A DNA stretch of 60,219 nt from an uncultured Candidatus Saccharibacteria bacterium. GTDB lineage: Bacteria; Patescibacteriota; Saccharimonadia; Saccharimonadales; UBA10212. Shown piece by piece: positions 51,847 to 60,219 of this stretch. The position numbers were made by a program, and so were the translations under genes. Every line of letters starts with the position of its first letter. Position 1 is the stretch's first letter. A model generated the notes under the pieces. The model made no database searches, had not been told where the DNA came from, and worked only from the letters and a program-made list of their open reading frames with translations. The stretch lies in the NCBI GenBank assembly GCA_964400155.1, contig CAYNSQ010000004.1:1-60219 (forward strand), read 5' to 3'.

Positions 51847-53985
51847 TCAGAGATCGATTTTCTTAAGAGGTGCAAAAGCGGTATTTAGCCTTTTACTACC
51901 CTTCCCTTTAAAATAAACTGTTGCAAAGTCAGACTCCACCTCAACAACAGTACCTCGGCCAAACAGCAAGTGCTCAACAATGTCGCCTTCTGCTATTTCT
52001 AACACGTAACGTGGTTCTTCAATCTGGGATTGATAGTTATCCATACCAAGACTTTCGCCGGACAAATTAGCTTGTTCTATATTCTCAATTTCAGATATGA
52101 ACCTACTTGGAGGATTGGCTGCCGAACTGCCATATAGGTTGCGGATGGTTGCGTATAGCATTATTAGCTGTTCCTTGGCTCTGGTCATACCTACATACAT
52201 TAGACGTCGTTCTTCTTCCATTTCACTTGCGTCATAAAGCGCTCTGCTATGTGGCAAAATGCCTTCCTCCAGACCGGTAATGATAACAACCGGAAATTCC
52301 AACCCTTTTGCAGAATGCAGTGTCATTAAAGTAACCAAGTCATTACCGCTGGTTTGTTTTTCCGGTTCTGCCACCAAAGATACCTCTTCTAAGAATTCCG
52401 CCAGGCTACCATTGTCATACCCGGCAGCAACTCCGATGAATTCTTTTACGTTCTCGGCTCTGGCCTCTGCTTGAACGGTACCGTCATTTAGATATTCAAA
52501 GTAGTTCAGTCGCCTCACCAAACCCTCAACTATTACACCGGGTGACAATATGTCTAATTGATCGGAAAAATTAATCAGAATGCTAGATACCTCAACTAGC
52601 CCGTTTCTGGCTTTGGCACTCAGTCCCGGACATTCCAAGATATTTTCAAATCCTTCGGATAGAGAATATCCTTTATCCGTCCGCCATACGTCAAATATCT
52701 GTAGACTCTTTGCACCTATACCTCTTGCTGGTACATTCACAACCCTGTCAAAACTTGCCCTATCTTCAGGTTGGTAAATTAGTTTTAGATAAGCCAAAAT
52801 GTCCTTTATCTCTTTACGGTCATAAAACCGAACACCTCCAACAATTCGGTAAGGGGTGCCATAGCGTACAAAGGCTTCTTCCAGCACACGACTCTGAGCA
52901 TTGGTACGGTATAAAATTGCAAAATCACGGTAACGTCGGCCTGTTGAAACTGCAGAAGATATAAGTCTAGTAGCCATCTCAGCTTCGTGCCGTTCTGAAT
53001 TTGCTGTAAGGACTTTGACTGGCGGTCCTTCGCCAGCTTTGGTCCATAATTTTTTATCTGAACGAGTTTTGTTGGCCTTAATTACGTTATGTGAAGCAAT
53101 CAAAATGTTACCGGTGCTTCTATAGTTTTGTTCGAGTTTAATGACCGAGCATTTAGGATAATCTTTCTCGAAGTTAAGAATATTTCGAAAATCAGCGCCC
53201 CGCCAAGAATAGATACTTTGCCAATCATCGCCAACAACAGCAATATTGTTGTGTTCGGCTGTTAATAATTTGATTAGCTGGTACTGTGCAGCGTTAGTAT
53301 CTTGGTATTCGTCTATCATAATGTAGCGAAATTGTGATTGCCATTTATTGCGCACATCTGGCTGAGATTGCAACATCTGCACAGTCCGACCAATCAAATC
53401 ATCAAAGTCTAAGGCTAGACTTTCATGTAAAAGTTTTTCATAAAGAGGATAGACCTTAGCTGTTGCTCGAGCGGCCGGACTGTCGCCAAAAACACCCAAA
53501 AATTCAGCAGGTCCAATTAGGTCATTTTTGGCTTTACTTATTAGCGACCCGATTAGACTTGGAGTAAAACTTTTTTCGGCGATTCCTACATCTTTAGAGG
53601 CTTTTTTTACAGCCGCCTGCCTGTCTGCTTCGTCCCAAATGATAAAGTTTCGAGGTATACCAACAGACTCGCCGTCTTGTCGCAGTAGTCGAACACAAAT
53701 ACTGTGAAATGTTCCCATAAAAGGCATAAAACTTCGGTTGTCCGGGTTGTTACCTGTTAGGTTGGCCACCCGTATACGCATTTCTGTTGCGGCTTTGTTG
53801 GTAAATGTCACTGCCAATATGTTGTATGGGGTGGCTAATCCACTAGAAAGTATATGGGCTATTCTGTGAGTAAGCGTTTTGGTTTTGCCGCTTCCAGCTC
53901 CGGCCAATATCAACATCGGTCCTTCTGTCGTCTTAACAGCTAGTTTTTGTTGCGGGTTGAGCCCTTCAAGTAGATCTTTTTGCAC
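51847..53985 (-). CDS. pcrA: ATP-dependent DNA helicase PcrA/UvrD
   Basis: AGAGSGKT, VTFTNKAA, DEYQDTN, LEQNYRST, LYRTNAQSR, TLHSAKGLEF, EERRLMYVGMTRA. Confidence 0.95.
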   Translation of the reverse strand: MQKDLLEGLNPQQKLAVKTTEGPMLILAGAGSGKTKTLTHRIAHILSSGLATPYNILAVTFTNKAATEMRIRVANLTGNNPDNRSFMPFMGTFHSICVRLLRQDGESVGIPRNFIIWDEADRQAAVKKASKDVGIAEKSFTPSLIGSLISKAKNDLIGPAEFLGVFGDSPAARATAKVYPLYEKLLHESLALDFDDLIGRTVQMLQSQPDVRNKWQSQFRYIMIDEYQDTNAAQYQLIKLLTAEHNNIAVVGDDWQSIYSWRGADFRNILNFEKDYPKCSVIKLEQNYRSTGNILIASHNVIKANKTRSDKKLWTKAGEGPPVKVLTANSERHEAEMATRLISSAVSTGRRYRDFAILYRTNAQSRVLEEAFVRYGTPYRIVGGVRFYDRKEIKDILAYLKLIYQPEDRASFDRVVNVPARGIGAKSLQIFDVWRTDKGYSLSEGFENILECPGLSAKARNGLVEVSSILINFSDQLDILSPGVIVEGLVRRLNYFEYLNDGTVQAEARAENVKEFIGVAAGYDNGSLAEFLEEVSLVAEPEKQTSGNDLVTLMTLHSAKGLEFPVVIITGLEEGILPHSRALYDASEMEEERRLMYVGMTRAKEQLIMLYATIRNLYGSSAANPPSRFISEIENIEQANLSGESLGMDNYQSQIEEPRYVLEIAEGDIVEHLLFGRGTVVEVESDFATVYFKGKGSKRLNTAFAPLKKIDL

Positions 53986-54043
53986 TCTGCTATTTTAGCA
54001 GTGCCCTAGAGTGATAGCCTAACTTGACTTTAAAACAAGCGGA

Positions 54044-56368
54044 CTAGCATGAACTATTGAATTGTGGACTAGTGGTCAAAGAAAGACCCAGTCCATTGTT
54101 AGCTTTGTTTGTGGTTAAAACATTTGTAGGTGAAATTCTAATATTGGCATTACTTGGAATCTCGCTCCTGAACTGTATTGCAAAGTAGGCCCCCCAAGTT
54201 GCATTAAATGTATTACCCCTTACACATACATCACGTGGATATTCACTATTCGGATCTCCAGGAAACCAAGTAAAGAACAGGTGGCCAGTATTACCGTTGT
54301 TTGTAAATGTATTATTTTCAATCAAACCAGTACTTGATGCCCCAAAGTATAGTGCTTCAGAATGAGTCTCAGCGGCTTGACCCCAGAAATTTTTAAATGT
54401 ATTGCCCCTAAACACCAGACCTTTTGAATATGTTATGAAACTTTGTGGATTTGGTACTCTGCCTCCATTATCAAAAGTGTTATTCTCTATAAGTATGTTC
54501 GATGCACCACTCATAGTAACTGCTTGTGCAAAACCATTTGTAAATCCAGACCCACTAACGCTTGCAAATTCAACAGCTCCGTTGACTGTTGCCTTATCGA
54601 CTATTAGGTTTGAACGTGAGATCGTTAAAGTGCCATTAACTGTAAATGGTCCGCGAACTATAGCAGTGCCAGACACAGATGCAGCTGCCTGATTTACTTG
54701 CGATGAACTTACTGTGCCTGATAGTTGTATAACATTACCGCTTGATGGCGGAGGTGTCGGACTTGGCGGTGGTGCAGCAGCATTTACTGTTACAGTTGAA
54801 GTAGCTGAACCTGTACCACCAGCGCCATTACAGGTCAATGTGTATATAGTTGACTGGTTTAGAGCACCGGTACTTAATGAGCCAGAAGTGCTCTTTGTTC
54901 CGCTCCATCCACCTGATGCATTACAAGATGATGCGTTTGTTGAGCTCCATGTTAATGTGCTAGCTTGGCCGGTAGAAATTGTAGACGGGCTAGCGTTAAT
55001 ACTTACAGCTGGAGCCGCTGTCGGTAGAGCAACTTCTCCAAAGAAAGTAGACTTGTCTACATAAAGGTTTCTATCGCAAACATTGGCTACAACAGTATCG
55101 TTTGTAAAGCTAATACTGAGAGTATGGGAACCACTAGCAATTGTGGAATTTACATTGTAGGTTTGCCACGATGTGCTAGATACAGAGCTACTTAGAAGTT
55201 GTTTACCATCAACGCTTACTACCATTGTAGCCCCCATACCTTCGCATACATCCGATCGAGCGGTTACGCTTAAACTATTAACTTTTTGAGATGTCGTAAA
55301 AGTACTGGTAAGTGTTCCATTAGAAAATATATCGACGGCTTGCCCATTACTTGCATTACTATCACTAATAACTTCGGCAAAGCCTGAGGTTGTGGCAGCT
55401 AGTGTTGCAGATTGTCCAGAACCAGCTAGAGCAACAGCTGAACCGAATACTACTTTGTCGATGGACAGATTTCTATCACAGACATTCGGAGTGTATGCAT
55501 CGTTAGTAAATGCAACTGCAACTGTGTGCGTACCAGGCGACAGATTAATAGACTTTGTGTAGGTTTTCCAGGCTGAAGACCTAACGTATCTACCCAATAC
55601 CTGGGTATTATCTACTTTAATAGTCATATAGGAGTACGTGTTGTTACAAGCAGTACTCTTAGCTGTAATGCTGATGTTTGTTGCGGCTACAGTGTTTTTA
55701 ATACTGCCAATAGCCGAAGTACTATGACTAAGCATTAAGGCACTACCTCCTGAGGCTAAGGTATCAGTAAAAGTATGTGCCAACTTGGGTGAGAAAGTCA
55801 TTTTCTCACCTTCTAAGGATGCTGATGAAGAGGGACTTGGGGTTGGGGATGGCGTAGGAGTAGTTGAACAAGCTGACGTTGACATATTGCCAGTATCTAG
55901 TGCAATGTCTGATTCACCACCAGCATTATATGCTGTTATACCCACTTTATATGTTGTTCCGCAACTTAAACCACTATAAGTGTAAGTCATAGAAGTTGTC
56001 GTTCCTGCAAGTACATCATTTTTATAAAGTTTATAACCACTAACAACTCCTCCGGATTTTGGTGCCGTCCAAGAAAGGCTTATAGACGTAGTTGAAGCAG
56101 CTGATTGGACAGTGTTTTGCGGTGGTCCAGGAGCAGTAACATTTGACGGTGGAGGAGGTGTCGATGTGATTCCTGAGATCATACTCTCAGCTTCAACTGT
56201 AGCTACAACTGGTATAGCAGCAAAACTCTTATAGATTGCATATCCACCCAAAAGACCAAAAAGCATGGCAAAAACCGATAGTTGTATTTTTGAGAATTTT
56301 ACTTTTCCTAATAATAGCCTTGCACGACTTTTGCCGTTATTTTGCATTTTAATTTTGCTTTTTATCAC
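54044..56368 (-). CDS. Secreted modular protein: FN3, two carbohydrate-binding-like modules, Ig-like domain, right-handed beta-helix
   Basis: Signal ending SFAA, FN3 (LSWTAP...YKVGITAYN), two FTND...CDRNL.(I/V)DK modules, TLTWSSTNASSC...YTLTCNG, repeated IENNTF strands. Confidence 0.75.
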   Translation of the reverse strand: MIKSKIKMQNNGKSRARLLLGKVKFSKIQLSVFAMLFGLLGGYAIYKSFAAIPVVATVEAESMISGITSTPPPPSNVTAPGPPQNTVQSAASTTSISLSWTAPKSGGVVSGYKLYKNDVLAGTTTSMTYTYSGLSCGTTYKVGITAYNAGGESDIALDTGNMSTSACSTTPTPSPTPSPSSSASLEGEKMTFSPKLAHTFTDTLASGGSALMLSHSTSAIGSIKNTVAATNISITAKSTACNNTYSYMTIKVDNTQVLGRYVRSSAWKTYTKSINLSPGTHTVAVAFTNDAYTPNVCDRNLSIDKVVFGSAVALAGSGQSATLAATTSGFAEVISDSNASNGQAVDIFSNGTLTSTFTTSQKVNSLSVTARSDVCEGMGATMVVSVDGKQLLSSSVSSTSWQTYNVNSTIASGSHTLSISFTNDTVVANVCDRNLYVDKSTFFGEVALPTAAPAVSINASPSTISTGQASTLTWSSTNASSCNASGGWSGTKSTSGSLSTGALNQSTIYTLTCNGAGGTGSATSTVTVNAAAPPPSPTPPPSSGNVIQLSGTVSSSQVNQAAASVSGTAIVRGPFTVNGTLTISRSNLIVDKATVNGAVEFASVSGSGFTNGFAQAVTMSGASNILIENNTFDNGGRVPNPQSFITYSKGLVFRGNTFKNFWGQAAETHSEALYFGASSTGLIENNTFTNNGNTGHLFFTWFPGDPNSEYPRDVCVRGNTFNATWGAYFAIQFRSEIPSNANIRISPTNVLTTNKANNGLGLSLTTSPQFNSSC

Positions 56369-56459
56369 TTTTTTTCTTTATTTTAGAAGATTATTTATTA
56401 GTGTTGATATTAGTGATGATAGTAGAATAAGCAGTATAAAATGTCAATTAACTAATAAA

Positions 56460-57746
56460 TTACTGGCTACGTTCTGTAGCATTGGCGAGTTCATTATTAA
56501 GGATGATTTTGATATCCGCGCCATTTTTACGCGTTGCGTCTTTTACCCTAACCACAGCAATATTGGCATTGCCTAGGTTTTTAGTATAAATATCGCCCAA
56601 GGAAGACCCGTCAGTTGCTTTGGTATCGGTCTGGACAATAGTTGAAGCATCAATTTTTGTAGCATCTGTTAACGGTCCTTGGTTACAAGTTGGCTGAGTG
56701 GCAGTATCAACGCCACCGGCAGATGTAAAGGCTAATACACTTTTGTAGAATTTGTTGTCAGTCGGATTAACACACCAAGATAAATAGTCGTAGTAAAGCG
56801 TACCTCTTGCCGGAGGTAAATATTTCGAAGATGTTACTGCCATCTGAACATCTTTATTTGTAGCAAAACCAACTAAATAGGCATAGGTACCGTCTGACTT
56901 ATTGTTGCCACCCCGTTTGGAAAAACCTTGTTCGGTGGTAACTGTAGGAGTTCCCCAAGAAGTAGGATAATTAAAACTAAATGGTAGGGCGCTATCATCA
57001 TAGGCACTATAGCCAGGTGGTACAGTGTTTACTTGATTACTATCGGTTTGAGCAGGAACAGTGGCAGTTGAAGTTTCGTTTATTGGGGCTTCGTCTTTAA
57101 AAAATTCATAAGGCAAATCGACTTGGTTTTCTACCAGCTGTGCGTCTAACACCAAATATGTACCAGCTCCAATCAACACCAACGGCAACACTACCATAAG
57201 GAGTATTTTCTTTAGTTTAGACGAACCAACCCTTTGTTCGGTGATTGGAAGTTCATGATGTGCAGCATGCTGGACTTGTTCTGATTGTGGCTGATTTTGA
57301 GTCTGCCCAGGTATCGTTGGCACTGGTTGCTGAGGTGGCTCTGGAGCTTGAGTTGGTTGTGCAAACGTCGAATTTGTAGGCGAAGGGGGTGTGCTGGAAT
57401 TTTGTCCTATTGCTTCTGGTGCAATTGGTGTGAAAGAACCCTCGGCAGCAGTTGGTATTGGTTGAGTCGATATATTGGGTGTTGGAGTTGGTTGAGGTGG
57501 TGCGACCGGTGTTGGCGGTAAAAATGGTTCGCCACCGGGAAGAATAGGAGTGCCTGGTGGCACAGAACTGGTTTGAGGCTGAGGTTGATGAGGTGTATTA
57601 ACAGGCGAAGGTTGATGCTCGTGAGTCATTGGCCTAAGCATTGGATCTGTCATAGTTGGATGGTGGCCAACTATAACAGGACGGCCACTGGCATGAGCCG
57701 AAGCGTCACCCGGTGGTCTCATGTCAAATACTTTGTCGTCTTTCAT
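56460..57746 (-). CDS. Pro/Gln-rich bitopic membrane protein
   Basis: Long low-complexity cytoplasmic region, one TM, extracellular YxDxxLPFSFNYPTSWG domain. Confidence 0.7.
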   Translation of the reverse strand: MKDDKVFDMRPPGDASAHASGRPVIVGHHPTMTDPMLRPMTHEHQPSPVNTPHQPQPQTSSVPPGTPILPGGEPFLPPTPVAPPQPTPTPNISTQPIPTAAEGSFTPIAPEAIGQNSSTPPSPTNSTFAQPTQAPEPPQQPVPTIPGQTQNQPQSEQVQHAAHHELPITEQRVGSSKLKKILLMVVLPLVLIGAGTYLVLDAQLVENQVDLPYEFFKDEAPINETSTATVPAQTDSNQVNTVPPGYSAYDDSALPFSFNYPTSWGTPTVTTEQGFSKRGGNNKSDGTYAYLVGFATNKDVQMAVTSSKYLPPARGTLYYDYLSWCVNPTDNKFYKSVLAFTSAGGVDTATQPTCNQGPLTDATKIDASTIVQTDTKATDGSSLGDIYTKNLGNANIAVVRVKDATRKNGADIKIILNNELANATERSQ

Positions 57747-58543
57747 ACTTCGTCGTTTCTTTCTCTATGATAATTATAAGCATTATTCACAATCTCTGAA
57801 AATTGTGAATAATTTAGGCTGGCACCACCTACTAAAAACCCATCAACGCCTTCAACGTCAAGAAAAGGTCTAACTAATTCCGGGGTTGTACTACCTCCGT
57901 ACAATATACGTACACTCTTGGCCGCCTTAGGCCCAAAAACATCACTAACATAGCTTCGAATATAAGCTATTATTTCTGCTATATGCTGTGGTAGCGGTAC
58001 TTCATGAGACACAAAATCTTTGCCATTTGAAATAGCCCAGACCGGTTCATAAGCAATTACTAGATTTCTAACCTCAGCTGCAGTCAAATTATTTAAAGCT
58101 GTCATCAATTGGTCATGTAACACCTGTTTGGTTTCACCTGATGTTCTTTCGTGCATGGTTTCACCGACACAAAGGATTGGCGTTATTTCGTTACGAACCG
58201 CTGCCGCAACTTTATCACGAATCATATCTAAGTCTTCACCAAAGATATGCCGACGTTCGGAATGACCAACTATAGCGTAGTGGACCAAGTCTCTCAGCAT
58301 TGTAAAACTAACTTCTCCGGTAAATGCACCTTCATCCACGCTATAGGCATTTTGTGCAGCTAGACGAAATTTACGCCTGTCTATTTGAACACTCATCGGC
58401 TGCAACGTCAGCATACTTGGTGCCAGAACAACTTCAATATCTCGATACAATTTAATCCGTTCTTGCAAACGGTGCACCAACAAAGACGCTTGGCTGGCGT
58501 TCAAATGCATCTTCCAGTTGCCGACAATCAGTATTTTTCTCAT
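57743..58543 (-). CDS. tpiA: Triosephosphate isomerase
   Basis: GNWKM, GHSERR, AYEPVWAI, LYGGS, LVGGASL. Confidence 0.96.
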   Translation of the reverse strand: MRKILIVGNWKMHLNASQASLLVHRLQERIKLYRDIEVVLAPSMLTLQPMSVQIDRRKFRLAAQNAYSVDEGAFTGEVSFTMLRDLVHYAIVGHSERRHIFGEDLDMIRDKVAAAVRNEITPILCVGETMHERTSGETKQVLHDQLMTALNNLTAAEVRNLVIAYEPVWAISNGKDFVSHEVPLPQHIAEIIAYIRSYVSDVFGPKAAKSVRILYGGSTTPELVRPFLDVEGVDGFLVGGASLNYSQFSEIVNNAYNYHRERNDEV

Positions 58544-58732
58544 TTACCACCCATAATTCTTACCCTTATTGTATCAAATTAACCGTCTCCTAAAAGATCA
58601 AAATGTATCAACTGGAGCAACTTGATCAGCGTGGTCAATGAATGAAGCATATATTTAACAATTCAATGCATTAATTCCATTAAGTGTTCATTGTATTTTG
58701 AACCCGTTGAACTCGTTGAACATTCTTTCTGC

Positions 58733-60037
58733 TTATGCAGAAAGTAAGGATTCAACACCGGATAATTTTTTGCCGGCCATTAGTTCCAAACTGGCTCCGC
58801 CACCGGTGGAAACATGGTTGAAATGTTCAACCAGACCATTCTCTTCGACGTAGCCGACAGTATCACCGCCACCAACAACAGAAAAAGGTTTGTTTGCATG
58901 TTTGTTACTTTTGCCTATTATTGCATCGACAATTGTCCTGGTGCCGTTAGAAAATGGCGGTTGAGCGCCGGCAATGCCTTTGGCCTCGGTTACACCACAG
59001 GTTCCGTTCCAAATGACTGTCCGACTCATTCCTACGGCGCCGGCAATTCGTGCCGCGCTCATTGGCCCAATGTCTAGCACTAGTTCGTCTGCTAGCACAT
59101 TGTGCGTGGTGTAACTTGGTAATTTAGGATAACTTTCTACGTCAGAGATAAAATGTCCTTCAAAATCAACTATTCTAGTTTTTTTCTTGCCTGAGATATC
59201 AGTCGATACAACAGCGTCGACCGGAACAATAAATTGGAATGATTTTTTTCTTTCTAATTCGCGAGCTTCATGAAGAATATCTCTAACTGTTGCAATTTCA
59301 TCATTATCTACCAGGCTTTTACCTATTCGGTCTCCTTCTACCAGTAAAAAGTCATTGGCCATAGCACCAACTACCGCCAGACAATCAGCTTTATGCATAA
59401 ATTGCCTCAGCAAATCGACTTTATCGGATATCTTAGCACCACCAATTATTGCCGTTAAAGGCCGCTTGGGGTCTGATATGGCCGTATTTATTGTGTCCAC
59501 CTCTTTCTCTACTAAGAACCCTGCAACTGATGGTAGCAATTTAGTAACAGCATGTGTGCTCGCATGAGCTCGGTGTACCACTCCAAAACCATCTTGCACA
59601 AATACTTCTGCGTGAGTGTCTTTGACTAGTGCTTTTGCAAATTCTTTGTCATTTGCTTCTTCTTCGGGATGAAACCGTAAATTTTCAAGCAACAATATCT
59701 GGCCGGGTTTGAGAGTTTTGCAAGCTTTGGCAACATCAGCTCCAACACAGTCATCAACAAATTGCACCGGTTTGTCTAGTAATTTAGCTAGTCTGTCAGC
59801 TACAGGCTTTAAACTAAATTCCGGATTTGGTTTGCCGTCTGGTCGCCCCAGGTGAGCCAAAATAACAATACTTGACTGGTATTGTTCCCAGATATAGTTA
59901 ATGGTTGGTAAAGATTGTTTTAATCGGTAATCATCTGTTATTTTACCGTTCTTCATAGGCACGTTAAAGTCTGCCCGCAACAGCACTCGCTTGCCCTTCA
60001 AGTCTATGTCTTTAATTGTTTTTTTGTTAAATGCCAA
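58733..60037 (-). CDS. pgk: Phosphoglycerate kinase (TTG start)
   Basis: RADFNVP, HLGRP, LENLRF, HRAHAS, GGAKISDK, GGGDT, STGGGASLE. Confidence 0.96.
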   Translation of the reverse strand: MAFNKKTIKDIDLKGKRVLLRADFNVPMKNGKITDDYRLKQSLPTINYIWEQYQSSIVILAHLGRPDGKPNPEFSLKPVADRLAKLLDKPVQFVDDCVGADVAKACKTLKPGQILLLENLRFHPEEEANDKEFAKALVKDTHAEVFVQDGFGVVHRAHASTHAVTKLLPSVAGFLVEKEVDTINTAISDPKRPLTAIIGGAKISDKVDLLRQFMHKADCLAVVGAMANDFLLVEGDRIGKSLVDNDEIATVRDILHEARELERKKSFQFIVPVDAVVSTDISGKKKTRIVDFEGHFISDVESYPKLPSYTTHNVLADELVLDIGPMSAARIAGAVGMSRTVIWNGTCGVTEAKGIAGAQPPFSNGTRTIVDAIIGKSNKHANKPFSVVGGGDTVGYVEENGLVEHFNHVSTGGGASLELMAGKKLSGVESLLSA

Positions 60038-60153
60038 TTTTGCCCACCATATTAATCTCCATAAAGTATCTCAAAAACTTCCAACCATTACCAGAAAGTC
60101 TTTTAACAGATGTGAAACGGTGTTATAATATCTTGTAATTAAAGAATGATGCT

Positions 60154-60219
60154 GGTCTCATCGTCTAACGGTTAGGACACCAGGTTTTCATCCTGGCAAT
60201 AGGGGTTCGATTCCCCTTG
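60154..60219 (+). tRNA. tRNA-Glu(TTC), 3' end cut off by the window edge
   Basis: GGTCTCATCGTCTAACGGTTAGGACA-CCAGG-TTTTCAT-CCTGG, GGTTCGATTCC; TGnTATAAT at 60121-60129. Confidence 0.94.

Overview
A compact 60-kb stretch of chromosome, mostly encoded on the minus strand, read with genetic code 11. It has no biosynthetic genes and many secreted or membrane-anchored hypothetical proteins; I infer a Patescibacteria (CPR) genome, most likely Saccharibacteria. Housekeeping genes: uvrC, trhO, mltG, ruvX, alaS, mnmA, iscS, tatD, metG (split by a 1-nt frameshift), DEAD helicase, typA, rsmA, pcrA, tpiA, pgk, five tRNAs and tmRNA. Regions worth following up: (1) 17.4-26.2 kb, five paralogous secreted proteins with WxL/pilin-like C-termini next to a DUF916-like protein and an Ig-like anchor, a candidate usher-less surface fibre; (2) 27.3-33.3 kb, a divergent F1-like ATPase cluster with no a or c subunit; (3) 36.96-37.62 kb, a structured small transcript whose 3' end is exactly complementary to its own ribosome-binding site; (4) a GIY-YIG nuclease and related palindromes at the tmRNA 3' end; (5) an FtsA-like / baseplate-J-like / RuvX / MltG operon; (6) tRNAs with covarying non-canonical elbow bases; (7) about ten genes with leaderless-type promoter spacing; (8) dispersed heptamer tandem repeats. 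No CRISPR array, integrase, transposase or prophage was found. Product calls come from motifs I recognised by eye; no database search was run.
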